Positions 1-9,930 of a stretch of DNA of 56,503 bases are shown here, piece after piece. This stretch comes from Pseudomonadota bacterium (lineage in GTDB: Bacteria > Bdellovibrionota_B > Oligoflexia > Oligoflexales > CAIYRB01). Both the position numbers and the translations under genes were made by a program. Location: positions 1 through 56,503 of the forward strand of contig JANOTL010000105.1 of assembly GCA_031416315.1 (NCBI GenBank), written 5' to 3'. Within the stretch, counting starts at the first letter, position 1, and the number at the start of each line of letters is the position of its first letter. The notes under the pieces are model-generated. The model was not told where the DNA came from and did no database searches. It saw nothing but the letters and a program-made list of their open reading frames with translations.

Positions 1-2
1 CG

Positions 3-860
3 CCTTTGGCGAAGAAAATCGCCGAAGACCGCGGCCTAGACTTGGCCTCAATCCAAGGCTCCGGACCCGCCGGCCGCGTCGTCATGCGCGACCTGGATGG
101 CGCGCCATCCGCTTCGGTCCCCGCCGAACGCACCTCGGCGACTCCCGTCGCCGCGACCGGCGCCGACACCGTCGTCCCCGCGTCGATGATGCGCAAGACC
201 ATCGCCAAGCGCCTTCTCGCGGCGAAGAACGACGCCCCTCACTTTTACCTCACCGTCTCCGCCAACATGGCGCGCGTCAACGACTGGCGCGCGCGCCTCA
301 ACGACGAGGCCGCGAAATCGGACGGCAAGATCCCGAAGGTCAGCGTCAACGACATGATCATGCTCGCCGTCGCCAAAGCGCTGCGTCGCCACCCGATGGT
401 GAACAGCTCCTGGCAGGGCGACCACATCCTGCAGTTCGGCGCCGTGCACGTCGCCATGGCCGTGGCGCTTCCCGAGGGTCTGGTGACGCCCGTCATCCGC
501 AACACCGACCTGATCGGCCTGCGCGCCATCGCCGTGCAGACGCGCGAGCTCGCGACGAAGGCAAAGGACGGCAAGCTCCAGAACGGCGATTACGCCGGCG
601 GGACGTTCACCGTCTCGAACCTCGGCATGCTCGGCATCGAGGAGTTCACCGCGATCATCAACCCTCCGCAAGCAGCAATACTCGCTGTCGGCGCCACGCA
701 GTCGGTCCCCTGGGTCGACGACCACGGCAGCCTCGTGGCACAAGCGCGCATGAAGATGACGATGTCCTGCGATCACCGTGTGGTCGACGGCGCGACGGGT
801 GCCCAGTTCCTACAGACCCTGGTACGCTATCTCGAAGATCCGCTGCAAATGATGACCTGA
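3..860 (+). CDS. aceF: Pyruvate dehydrogenase E2 dihydrolipoamide acetyltransferase (5'-truncated by window edge)
   Basis: E3-binding domain PLAKKIAEDRGLDL..GSGPAGRV, then MRKTIAKRL, GGTFTVSNLGM, AIINPPQAAIL and catalytic CDHRVVDG. Confidence 0.93.
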   Translation, partial: PLAKKIAEDRGLDLASIQGSGPAGRVVMRDLDGAPSASVPAERTSATPVAATGADTVVPASMMRKTIAKRLLAAKNDAPHFYLTVSANMARVNDWRARLNDEAAKSDGKIPKVSVNDMIMLAVAKALRRHPMVNSSWQGDHILQFGAVHVAMAVALPEGLVTPVIRNTDLIGLRAIAVQTRELATKAKDGKLQNGDYAGGTFTVSNLGMLGIEEFTAIINPPQAAILAVGATQSVPWVDDHGSLVAQARMKMTMSCDHRVVDGATGAQFLQTLVRYLEDPLQMMT

Positions 861-889
861 CCGCGAGGTCGCGTCTCGGGGGTTACGTC

Positions 890-1222
890 TTGGCTCGGCG
901 TGCGACGCTATTTGCCTTCATCTTGCTCGCCACCTCGGCATGCAAGACCGAAGGTACGTCGCCACTCGAGGGCAAAGAGCCCTTGGCGATCCGACCCGAG
1001 CCCTTTGCGCTCGACGTGATGGCCGATCCGCTCCCGGTCGAGACGCTCGACGAGATCCGCGGCTTCGATCTCGAGGGCGAGCTGAGTTGCCTGCCGCTGC
1101 GGGAGGACGCTTGCATCGCGCGCGCCGACCCGCTCGATCAAGCCTGCGCCGCCGTCCAGGGCGAGGTCCACGTTTGCCAAGACTGTTCGCGGGTCTGCTC
1201 GAAGTCCATCAATACTCTGTAA
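890..1222 (+). CDS. Small Cys-rich lipoprotein, unknown function
   Basis: Lipobox-like ATSAC; six further Cys in the C-terminal half; fills the gap between neighbours. Confidence 0.65.
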   Translation: MARRATLFAFILLATSACKTEGTSPLEGKEPLAIRPEPFALDVMADPLPVETLDEIRGFDLEGELSCLPLREDACIARADPLDQACAAVQGEVHVCQDCSRVCSKSINTL

Positions 1223-1292
1223 GTATTGCTGAAAATTTCCCCGCCGGCGGCTTGGGGAAAGGCCGCGACCTGCCGATAAGTCCTCAGACCAA

Positions 1293-2435
1293 ATGAGGCT
1301 TTCGGACATGCTGTCGACCTTCTCCAAGTACCTCGCGGCGCTCGTCATCGTGGCCGGCTGCGGCACGCCCGACAAAGACGAGAAAAAGGCGGCCGGCACC
1401 GGCAGCCAGACCGCGTCCGGCTCGGGCAGTCCGAACGTGCCTGCGACGCCCGCGGGCTCCGGTTCTCCGGTCGCGACGACGTCGGGCTCCGGCAGCGCGG
1501 CGGGCTCCAGCTCTGGCAGCGCGGCAGCCTCGGGCTCAGGGAGCGCGGCGCCGACCGCCTCCGGCTCGGGCAGCGGGGGCGTGAGCTCGGGCAGCGAGAG
1601 CCCGTCGGGAAGCGAGGATGAGGCGGGCGTCACCGAGCCGCCGCCGGCCGACGAGATGCCGGCCGCGGTCACCGATCCCGAGGCGTTCCGCTACGCCGCG
1701 CTCGGCGACTCGATCACGCGCGCCTTCAACGCCATAAGCCTCTTCGGTGAGGACCTGACCGTCAGCTACGCCACCGGCACGGCGGATTTGGCCAAGAACG
1801 CCTCCCACTACGCGCGTCTGCGCAACGTCGCAAAGCTTTCGAAGGTCTCAGTCCTGAACGAAGCCGTCGTCGGCGCCCGCGCGGAAGACCTGGCGAGTCA
1901 GGTTGAAGGCGTCATCGCATTCAAGCCGGACTACGTCACCCTTCTGATCGGCGCCAACGATCTGTGCCGTTGGCCGGACGACCCGACGGACGAGCTCGTG
2001 GCCTTCGGGGAAGACCTGGGCGCCGCGCTCGACGGTCTCATCGCCGCCAACGCCAAAGTCCGCATCAACCTGCTCGGCGTGCCCGACGTCGCCCGCCTCT
2101 ACGACGTGATGCAAAGCGACGCGAGCTGCCGCTCGACCTGGTCCTTCGTGCCGTTTTGCCCGAAGCTCTTGAGCGACGGACTCACCGAGGCCGATCGGGC
2201 CGCCTTCCGCGTCCGCTGGCAGTCGATGAACGCCAAAGTCGAGGCGCTGGCCTCGGCGCGCGCGGGGAACGTCCGCTTCGCTCCGGGCGTCTCCGCCTCC
2301 TCGTTCACCAAGGCCGAGATCTCGACGATTGACTGCTTTCATCCCAGCGCCGCCGGCCACGCGCACCTCGCCGAGAAGAGCTTCGACGAGGCCTTGGTGA
2401 AAGAAGCCGTGGCGGCGAAATCCGGCGCCGACTGA
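1293..2435 (+). CDS. SGNH/GDSL hydrolase lipoprotein with Ser/Gly/Thr-rich linker
   Basis: Lipobox VAGC; blocks ALGDSIT, GANDLC, DCFHPS. Confidence 0.9.
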   Translation: MRLSDMLSTFSKYLAALVIVAGCGTPDKDEKKAAGTGSQTASGSGSPNVPATPAGSGSPVATTSGSGSAAGSSSGSAAASGSGSAAPTASGSGSGGVSSGSESPSGSEDEAGVTEPPPADEMPAAVTDPEAFRYAALGDSITRAFNAISLFGEDLTVSYATGTADLAKNASHYARLRNVAKLSKVSVLNEAVVGARAEDLASQVEGVIAFKPDYVTLLIGANDLCRWPDDPTDELVAFGEDLGAALDGLIAANAKVRINLLGVPDVARLYDVMQSDASCRSTWSFVPFCPKLLSDGLTEADRAAFRVRWQSMNAKVEALASARAGNVRFAPGVSASSFTKAEISTIDCFHPSAAGHAHLAEKSFDEALVKEAVAAKSGAD

Positions 2436-2464
2436 TACACTGAGCGGAAACTGCCGCAAACGAC

Positions 2465-5400
2465 ATGCGCCCCCAGAAAAACCCATCGCTCGATCATGTT
2501 CTCGCGCTCCTCCGCGAGAAGGGCCCTCTGGGCCTCGCGGAGCTCGTGCGCGCGCTGCTGCATGGCGACCTGCGCGCCACCGGCACCGACGGCCCGCAGT
2601 CGAGCGGCGAGGCGAAGCGCCGCCGGCTCTTTGAAAAGCGCCTCGCGAGCTGGGTCGATAAGGGCTCGCTCACCGTCGACACACACGGCCGCTATGCTGT
2701 CGCGCCGACCCTGATCGCGGCGACCGCCGTGCCGCAGAAAAAGCGCTTCAATTGGAAGTGGAAGCTCGCGCTTTCTGTTCTCGTCCTTCTAGGAGTCTTG
2801 GCTTCGCTCGCCTACCGCGAGATTCGGCGCTCGGATCTGCAGTCGCGCTATTTCACCGATTTGGCGCAAAAGCTCACTTTCAAGGTCGAGCCCGGCCCGT
2901 CGCCCGACGCCTATTATCCGAAAGAAGGTCCGCACGATTTGACGCTCGGCTACGCGCGGCTTCCCGCCATCCTCGAGCGCACGACGGGGCGCGGCTTCAA
3001 GATCGTCGAGCAGGCGCGCCTGTCGCCTACGCACCTCGAGCTGGTGAAGAAGTACGGCATCTACCCGATCTACCGCGAGAAGCCGCAGGCAGGGCTCAGG
3101 CTCTTCGACGCGCACGGTCAGGATCTCTTCAGCTCGCGTTACCCGCAGATGATCTACGAGGACTTCACCGGCATCCCGCCGGTGGTCACCGGGACGCTTC
3201 TTTTCATCGAGAACCGGGAGCTGCTCGACCAGCGCTATCCGCGGAAGAATCCGGTCGTCGAGTGGGACCGCTTGGGCTTGGCCGTCAAGGACCTCATCAT
3301 CTCCAAGCTCTTCCCCGATCACGACGTGCCGGGTGGCTCGACGCTCGCGACGCAGATCGAGAAGTACCGGCATTCGTCCGACGGCCGCACCACCTCGACC
3401 CGCGACAAAGCCGTGCAGATGGCGACGGCCACCCTGCGCGCATACATGGACGGCCGCGGTACGTTGGACGCGCGGCGCCGCATCGTCCGCGACTACATGA
3501 ACTCCGTGCCCCTCGGCGCCGTTCCGGGCGGCGGCGAGGTGCGCGGCTTGGGCCACGGCCTTGCAGCCTGGCACGGCGCCGAGTTCCAACGCGTCAACGC
3601 CCTCCTATTCGCCGTCGACGATCCGGCCGAGCTGGACGCGAAGGCGCGCGCCTACAAAGAGGTCCTGAGCCTCTTTCTGGCCCAGCGCCGCCCCGCGTTC
3701 TACCTTCAGCAGAATCGCGACGCCTTGAAGGCGCTCGTCAACCGGCACCTCGGCGCCTTGGAGAAAGGCGGCGTCATCACCAAGACCTTCCGCGCCGCCG
3801 TCGAGACGCAGGACCTCACCTTCAAAAACAATCAGCTCGTATTTCAGCCCGAGCGCCAGGCGTTCGTCGAGCGCAAAGCCGCCAACGCCGTGCGCGTGTA
3901 TCTGATGCAGCTCTTCGGACTCGACCGCCTTTACGCTCTCGATCGCTTGGACCTCGAAGCGCGATCGACGATCGACTTCGCCACGCAGAAGGCGGTGACC
4001 GAGCTTTTGAAACAGCTGAAGGACAAGGATTTCGCCGCCTCGCAGGGCCTGCTCGGCGAGCGCCTCCTCGGCCGCGGCGATCCCGCCGACGTGATCTACA
4101 GCTTCACCCTGAGAGAGCGCGCCGGCGATCAAAGCCTCTTGCGCGTGCAGGCAGACAACGTCGACGGTCCCTTCAACGTCAACGAGGGCGGCAAGCTCGA
4201 GCTCGGCTCGACCGCGAAGCTGCGCACCTTCGTCACCTATCTCGAGATCGTCGAAGGCCTTTGGAAAGAGTACGGCTCCGTGCCCGCGACGGAGCTGCGG
4301 GCCGTCGATCCGCACCCGCAGGACGCGATCACGCGCTGGGCGCTCGGTTGGCTGTCGTCGTCGGCGAACGTCGCCAAGGGCCTCCAGGGGATGCTCGATG
4401 CCGCGCTCGATCGCACCTATTCGGCGAGCCCGGCCGAAGTCTTCTTCACCGGCGGCGGGCAGCACCGGTTCGGCAACTTCCAGAAAGAAGACGACCTCCG
4501 CACGGTGACGATCCGTGAGTCGCTGAAAAAGTCGATCAACCTGCCTTTCGTCAGGCTCATGCGCGACGTCGTGTTCCACTACGTCGGCCGCATTCCTGGC
4601 TCGCGCACGATGCTCGCCTCGGTTGAAGACCCTGGCCGCAAGGAATATCTGGGCCGCTTTGCCAACAAGGAGGGCAAGGACTTCCTCGGCCGCTTCTTCC
4701 TGAAGCGTCGCGGCCAAAAGCCCGAGGTCCTGATCGCGAGCTTGCTGTCGCACGCCAAGCCGACTTTGCGCCGGATGGCCGCGATCTTCACGGTGCTCGA
4801 GCCGGCGCAGGATTTCGCCGGCTTTCAGGCGTTCCTGAAGCTCTACGCGGCCCAGCTCCCCGCGCCGGAGGACAAGGCGCGCGGAGCCTTCGAAGACCTG
4901 AAGACCGAAGGCAAGTACACGCTCGGCGACAAGGGCTACGTCGCCGGCATGCACCCGCTCGAGCTCTGGCTCGTCGCTTATCTGGTGAAAAAACCGGCCG
5001 CGCCGTTCTCGGAGGTCGTCGAGGCGTCGACCGCCGAGCGCCAGGAGGCCTATGCCTGGCTCTTCGCGTCGCGCTCGAAGGAAAAGCAGGACGTGCGCAT
5101 CCGCATCATGCTGGAGCAGGCGGCCTTTCTCGAGATTCACAAGCGTTGGCAGGCGGTCGGCTACCCGTTTCCGTCCTTGGTCGCGACCTACGCCACGGCG
5201 CTCGGCTCGTCGGGCGACAAGCCGGCCGCGCTCGCCGACCTCGTCTCCCTGATCCAGAACGACGGCGTGCGCCTAGAGCCGCTGCGGGTGCTCGGCATGC
5301 GCTTCGGCGCCGGCACGCCGTACGAGACCGCGCTCGAGTCCGTCGCCCCCGTGCCTGTCCGCGTGCTCTCTACCGAGGTCGCGCGCACAACCCGTGCCGC

Positions 5401-5752
5401 GCTGCGCTCGGTCGTCGAGGAAGGCACGGCGATCCGCGTGAAAGGCGTTTTCACCGCCGCCGACGGCACGCCGCTCGAGGTCGGCGGAAAAACCGGAACC
5501 GGCGATAATCGTTACGGCATTTATGCCCCCGGCGGCAAGGTCATCGAGTCGCGGGCCATGAGCCGCACGGCGACCTTCGTCTTCTACATCGGTGAGCGCT
5601 TCTCCGGGACGCTGACCGCCTTCGTGCCGGCCGCCTCGGCCGAGGAGTTCAAGTTCACCAGCGCCCTGCCGGCGCAGATCCTGAAGGTCCTCGGGCCGAA
5701 GCTCCTGCCGCTGATTCAGGAAGGCTCCCTGCCGCCGACGTCGAGCCCATAA
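2465..5752 (+). CDS. Class A PBP-like transglycosylase (GT51)/transpeptidase with N-terminal extension
   Basis: TM anchor; GGSTLATQ GT51-like motif; transpeptidase motifs STAK, SIN, KTG. Confidence 0.85.
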   Translation: MRPQKNPSLDHVLALLREKGPLGLAELVRALLHGDLRATGTDGPQSSGEAKRRRLFEKRLASWVDKGSLTVDTHGRYAVAPTLIAATAVPQKKRFNWKWKLALSVLVLLGVLASLAYREIRRSDLQSRYFTDLAQKLTFKVEPGPSPDAYYPKEGPHDLTLGYARLPAILERTTGRGFKIVEQARLSPTHLELVKKYGIYPIYREKPQAGLRLFDAHGQDLFSSRYPQMIYEDFTGIPPVVTGTLLFIENRELLDQRYPRKNPVVEWDRLGLAVKDLIISKLFPDHDVPGGSTLATQIEKYRHSSDGRTTSTRDKAVQMATATLRAYMDGRGTLDARRRIVRDYMNSVPLGAVPGGGEVRGLGHGLAAWHGAEFQRVNALLFAVDDPAELDAKARAYKEVLSLFLAQRRPAFYLQQNRDALKALVNRHLGALEKGGVITKTFRAAVETQDLTFKNNQLVFQPERQAFVERKAANAVRVYLMQLFGLDRLYALDRLDLEARSTIDFATQKAVTELLKQLKDKDFAASQGLLGERLLGRGDPADVIYSFTLRERAGDQSLLRVQADNVDGPFNVNEGGKLELGSTAKLRTFVTYLEIVEGLWKEYGSVPATELRAVDPHPQDAITRWALGWLSSSANVAKGLQGMLDAALDRTYSASPAEVFFTGGGQHRFGNFQKEDDLRTVTIRESLKKSINLPFVRLMRDVVFHYVGRIPGSRTMLASVEDPGRKEYLGRFANKEGKDFLGRFFLKRRGQKPEVLIASLLSHAKPTLRRMAAIFTVLEPAQDFAGFQAFLKLYAAQLPAPEDKARGAFEDLKTEGKYTLGDKGYVAGMHPLELWLVAYLVKKPAAPFSEVVEASTAERQEAYAWLFASRSKEKQDVRIRIMLEQAAFLEIHKRWQAVGYPFPSLVATYATALGSSGDKPAALADLVSLIQNDGVRLEPLRVLGMRFGAGTPYETALESVAPVPVRVLSTEVARTTRAALRSVVEEGTAIRVKGVFTAADGTPLEVGGKTGTGDNRYGIYAPGGKVIESRAMSRTATFVFYIGERFSGTLTAFVPAASAEEFKFTSALPAQILKVLGPKLLPLIQEGSLPPTSSP

Positions 5753-6777
5753 CGTTGCGCGAACTCCGGCCAGACCTGCATCATCGTGATCACGACGGCC
5801 GCAATGATCGGTCCGAGGAAAACGCCGAAGAGGCCGAACATCTCGAGGCCGCCGAAGATCGCGACGAGGCTCACGAGCGGGTGCATCTCGCCGCGACCGC
5901 GCAAGACGAGCGGCCGTACGAAGTTGTCGACGATCCCGGTCAAGAGGCCGAGGACGATCATCGCGACCATCTTGCCCATCTCGCCTTGCATGTAGAGGTA
6001 GATCGCGCCGCCGATCCAGACCGGGACGCTGCCGACCAAAGGAATCCAGGCGAAGACGAAGGTGGCGCCGCCCGCGAGGAAGGCGGCCGGCACGCGCAGG
6101 ATTACGAAGGTGATGCTCATGATCGCGCCTTGGGTGAGGGCCGCCGCCATACTCGCCCAGACGACGGAGATCGCCGTGTCCTTGAACGAGCCCGCCAGCT
6201 TTTGCCGCACCTCGGGGTCGAGCGGAATCTTCGGCACGAGCCAGCGCAAGAAAGCCCTGCCGTCGACCAGGAAGAAGTAGCAGGCCATACAAGCGAGGAG
6301 GAGCTGGAGAATGCCGTCCGGCAAGCTTTTTGCGATGGTTAGGACAGTCCTGGAGGCGGTCCTGGTGATCGTCTCGACCGCCGTCCGCAGATATTCGACG
6401 AGCTCGGCCTGCTCGATGCCGAGCGTCTCCAGCGGCAGGACCTTGGTCGCCCTGTCCAGGACCTCTTGCGCCGAGATGTGGCCTTCACTGACGAACGTGC
6501 CGAACTTGATCGCTTGCTTCACGGCCAAGGTGGTGAAGGTGAGGAAGGGCGCGACGATCAGCAAGACGACGCCGATCGTGACGATCATCCCCGCAAAGGC
6601 CGGTTTCATGCCGCGGGCCGTCAAGCGCCGCTTCGCCGGCATGGCGATCATCGCGAGAATCGAGCCCATGATCAGCGCGATAACGTAGGGCGCGATCATC
6701 TTCATCAATAGGATGATGGCGAGGAGCAGGGCGGCCAGGAAGAACGCGAGAGGGAGGCGGCCGGCAGGAGATTTCAA
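5716..6777 (-). CDS. AI-2E (PerM) family transporter
   Basis: Polytopic; YFFLVDG, WIPLVG, DNFVRP, HPLVSLVAIFGG..FGLFGVFLGP. Confidence 0.92.
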   Translation of the reverse strand: MKSPAGRLPLAFFLAALLLAIILLMKMIAPYVIALIMGSILAMIAMPAKRRLTARGMKPAFAGMIVTIGVVLLIVAPFLTFTTLAVKQAIKFGTFVSEGHISAQEVLDRATKVLPLETLGIEQAELVEYLRTAVETITRTASRTVLTIAKSLPDGILQLLLACMACYFFLVDGRAFLRWLVPKIPLDPEVRQKLAGSFKDTAISVVWASMAAALTQGAIMSITFVILRVPAAFLAGGATFVFAWIPLVGSVPVWIGGAIYLYMQGEMGKMVAMIVLGLLTGIVDNFVRPLVLRGRGEMHPLVSLVAIFGGLEMFGLFGVFLGPIIAAVVITMMQVWPEFAQRYGLDVGGREPS

Positions 6778-6843
6778 AAGGGATACCTCGCGGTGGTTCC
6801 GTGCGTTACATTGCGAAACTACCCTACGAAAGAGGCTCAGTCG

Positions 6844-8301
6844 ATGCGCAAGCTCCTGCTAACGGCCGCACTGGCGCTCCTCGTCTTGGCCGCCGTCGTC
6901 TCGTTCCGGACCGTGACCCGAGCGGTCCCCCTCGCTCCGGTCGCGCCGGCCGCGGCGCTGGGCCTGGATCCACAGGCTCTGGCCCAGCGTTTGGCCGAGG
7001 TCGTCCGCATTCCTACGATCTCGCGCTACGCGCCGACGCCCGAGGACGAGAAGCCGTTCGCGGACCAGCTCGTCGCCTGGCAAAAGCTTTTCCCCGAGGT
7101 GTTCCAGGCGGTGAAGCTCGAGGTGGTGAGCGACTTCAGCCTCCTTCTCGAGTGGCCGGGGTCGGATCCGACGCTGAAGCCTCTCCTCCTCCTCGCGCAC
7201 CAGGACGTCGTCCCGATCGCTCCCGGCACGGAGAAGGACTGGCAGCATCCGCCGTTCGCGGGCGTCGTCGACGGCGGCTTCATCTGGGGCCGGGGCACGC
7301 TCGACGACAAGAGCAGCGTCGCCGGCATTCTGGAGGCCGTGCGCGCGCTGCTAGCCTCCGGGGCTCGCCCCAAGCGCACGGTCCTGATGGCCTTCGGCCA
7401 CGACGAGGAGATCGGCGGCAAGCGCGGCGCACAGGTGATCGCGGCCCGGCTGAAGGAGCGCGGCGTCGAGGCCGAGCTGGTCCTCGACGAGGGAGGCATC
7501 GTCGCGGACGGCATGCTCGACGGCGTCACGAAGCCGGTTGCGATGATCGGCATCAGCGAGAAAGGTTACCTCTCGGTCGAGCTCGCGGTGACGACCGCTC
7601 CCGGGCATTCCTCGACGCCTCCGCGCGCTACGGCGATCGGCCGCCTGGCGCGCGCCATCGTCGCCGTTGAGGATCATCCCTTCGCGCCGAGGCTCGACGG
7701 TGGGATTCTAGGCACGCTTACGACCCTGGTCGGCGAGATGGACCTCGCACGCCGCGCGATCATCACCAACTTGTGGCTCTTCAAGCCGCTTCTGCTGCGC
7801 CTTCTCGGCGGCTCGGACACCGGACGCGCTTCGACGCGCACGACGATCGCGCCGACCATCTTTAACGCCGGCGACAAGGACAACGTCCTGCCGGGGAACG
7901 CGAAGGCGACGATCAACTTTCGCCTTCTGCCCGGCGATAGCATCGCGTCCGTGATGCAACACCTGGCGAACGTGATCGACGACCCCGAGGTCAAGCTCAC
8001 GATCTTCAGCGCAATCGAGGCCTCGCCGGTATCCGATCCCGCCGCGCCGCAGCTGGCGAAGGTGGCCGCCGCTGCGCGCGCCGCGATGCCGGGAATCCTG
8101 GCGGCTCCGTTCCTGACGATCGGTGGCACGGACGCGACCCACTACACGAAAATCTCGCCGAACGTCTACCGCTTCCATTTTGCGCGCTTCACCCCGGACG
8201 ACTTGAAGCGCTTTCACGGCACCAACGAGCGCATCTCCGTCGACAACTACGTCGAGGGCGTGAGCTTCTACGCGGAGTTGATCAGGAGCGTCGCCCTATG
8301 A
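6844..8301 (+). CDS. M20 family peptidase (PM20D1/carboxypeptidase S-like), N-terminal anchor
   Basis: AHQDVVP, GRGTLDDK, DEE, DEGG, GHSS, GGTD, HGTNE. Confidence 0.92.
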   Translation: MRKLLLTAALALLVLAAVVSFRTVTRAVPLAPVAPAAALGLDPQALAQRLAEVVRIPTISRYAPTPEDEKPFADQLVAWQKLFPEVFQAVKLEVVSDFSLLLEWPGSDPTLKPLLLLAHQDVVPIAPGTEKDWQHPPFAGVVDGGFIWGRGTLDDKSSVAGILEAVRALLASGARPKRTVLMAFGHDEEIGGKRGAQVIAARLKERGVEAELVLDEGGIVADGMLDGVTKPVAMIGISEKGYLSVELAVTTAPGHSSTPPRATAIGRLARAIVAVEDHPFAPRLDGGILGTLTTLVGEMDLARRAIITNLWLFKPLLLRLLGGSDTGRASTRTTIAPTIFNAGDKDNVLPGNAKATINFRLLPGDSIASVMQHLANVIDDPEVKLTIFSAIEASPVSDPAAPQLAKVAAAARAAMPGILAAPFLTIGGTDATHYTKISPNVYRFHFARFTPDDLKRFHGTNERISVDNYVEGVSFYAELIRSVAL

Positions 8302-9107
8302 CCGATTATCTCCACGGCTACACGGACGTCGAGCGCGAGCGGCTGATCTCGCAGTCACGTTTCCTCGGCCCCGTGATCTACGAAAACATCGACTACTCGG
8401 GCAGGAAGAAGCTGCTCGAGGTCGGCTGCGGCGTCGGCGCGCAGCTCGGCCTCCTGCTGGAGAAATACCCGCAGCTCGAGGTGACCGGCATCGATCGCTC
8501 GGAGACTCAAGTCGACGCCGCGCGCCGCAATCTCGCGCCGCAGATCGCGGCCGGTCGCGCGCACGTCGTGCACGGGAACGGCGCCTCTTTGCCTTTCACG
8601 CCGGGAAGCTTCGACGCGGGCTTCCTCTGCTGGGTCCTCGAGCACGCCCCGGAGCGGGCGGCCTTGCTCCGCGATTTTAAGCGGGTTTTGGCGCCCGGCG
8701 CGCCCGTCTATGCGACCGAGGTCTTTCTCGCCTCGCTGTTCGTCCGGCCGGAGCCCACCGCGCTCATGCGCTACTGGGCGATTTTCAGCGCGTTCCAGGA
8801 GGCGCTCGACGGCGACCCGCAGATCGGGCCGAAGCTCGGCGGCTATTTTGCGGCCGCCGACTTCGCGGCGATCTCCGTCTATCCGATCGCCTGGCTCTTA
8901 GACGCGCGGGAAAAGGATCCGGCGCGCCGTTCGGCCCACTGGGACTACTGGCAGACCCTTTGTCACAGCGCGCTCCCGGGGCTCCGCGCCGCGGGGAAGG
9001 TGGACGAGGCTCTAGTCTCTGCTCTAGACGCGGATTTCGCGCGGCTTCGGCGCGACCCCGAGGCGCTCTTCTACATCACGGCGATGCAAGCGCGGGCTGA
9101 AGCATGA
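8298..9107 (+). CDS. Class I SAM-dependent methyltransferase
   Basis: LLEVGCGVG, LPF..GSFD, VLEH, LAPG; ATGA overlap with the upstream gene. Confidence 0.9.
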   Translation: MTDYLHGYTDVERERLISQSRFLGPVIYENIDYSGRKKLLEVGCGVGAQLGLLLEKYPQLEVTGIDRSETQVDAARRNLAPQIAAGRAHVVHGNGASLPFTPGSFDAGFLCWVLEHAPERAALLRDFKRVLAPGAPVYATEVFLASLFVRPEPTALMRYWAIFSAFQEALDGDPQIGPKLGGYFAAADFAAISVYPIAWLLDAREKDPARRSAHWDYWQTLCHSALPGLRAAGKVDEALVSALDADFARLRRDPEALFYITAMQARAEA

Positions 9108-9840
9108 GGTAGAAGCCGGAGACTAAGTAGACCGCTCCGATGACCAGCACCAGTGCCGTCGAGGCGCGGCGAAAGGTCGCGTCGCTCATGCGGTCCAGCA
9201 GGCGGCGGCCGGCGTAGGTTCCCGCCAGAGCGGTCAGCGCCGCGGCGACCAAAAGCCAAGGCGGCGCCGTGCCCTCCCCCGCGAGGCCAGAGGCGAGCGG
9301 CGCGTATGCAACGAGCTTCATCGCATGCGACAGCGTCTGTGTCGTCGCCTTCGTCGCAACGATCGCGTGCCGCGACAGCTTGCCGTTCAGGAAGAAGACA
9401 TCGAGCGCCGGCCCGGAGGCACCCGCGAGGAGCTGCAAGGCCATCACGATGACCCCGGCTGCGCCGGCGTGCCACGGCTTGGTAATGTCCAGGGACAAAG
9501 GTCGCGGCAACCCCCGCGCCAAGAACGGGAACGAGCCGAGCGCGAGGTAGACCGCGTACTTCGGCGGCGCCGCGCTGACCAGCGCGAAGAGCCCGAGGCT
9601 GATCACGGCGCCGACCATGTAAGGCAAGACGACTTTGCCGTGCACGTCTTTCCACAACATCGCGGCGCGAGAGCCGTTGGCGGTGAGCTGCGTCGCGCCG
9701 TGGAGCACCATGGCGCCGGCCACGGGCATCGTCATCGTCAGGACGCCCATGAGAATGATGCCGCCCCCCATCCCCAGGATCCCGGAGAGCATGCTGGTGA
9801 CGGCGATGGCGGCGAGGCTGGTCGTAGCGAGAAAGAGCAT
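9076..9840 (-). CDS. TauE/SafE (TSUP) family exporter
   Basis: SGILGMGGG, GASGP, hydrophobic helices; GGAGG RBS; divergent LysR. Confidence 0.85.
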   Translation of the reverse strand: MLFLATTSLAAIAVTSMLSGILGMGGGIILMGVLTMTMPVAGAMVLHGATQLTANGSRAAMLWKDVHGKVVLPYMVGAVISLGLFALVSAAPPKYAVYLALGSFPFLARGLPRPLSLDITKPWHAGAAGVIVMALQLLAGASGPALDVFFLNGKLSRHAIVATKATTQTLSHAMKLVAYAPLASGLAGEGTAPPWLLVAAALTALAGTYAGRRLLDRMSDATFRRASTALVLVIGAVYLVSGFYLMLQPALASP

Positions 9841-9930
9841 GTTCCGTACCTCCAACTGCATTGTCGGAGCGATCGTCAGTTTCCAAAAGCGATGATGAAG
9901 CATAGAATCAAGTCCAAATAGGAATCTATC

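Noticed and set aside
1272..1279. GCCGATAA sigma28 -10 box
   Set aside because: No TAAA -35 element at the proper spacing
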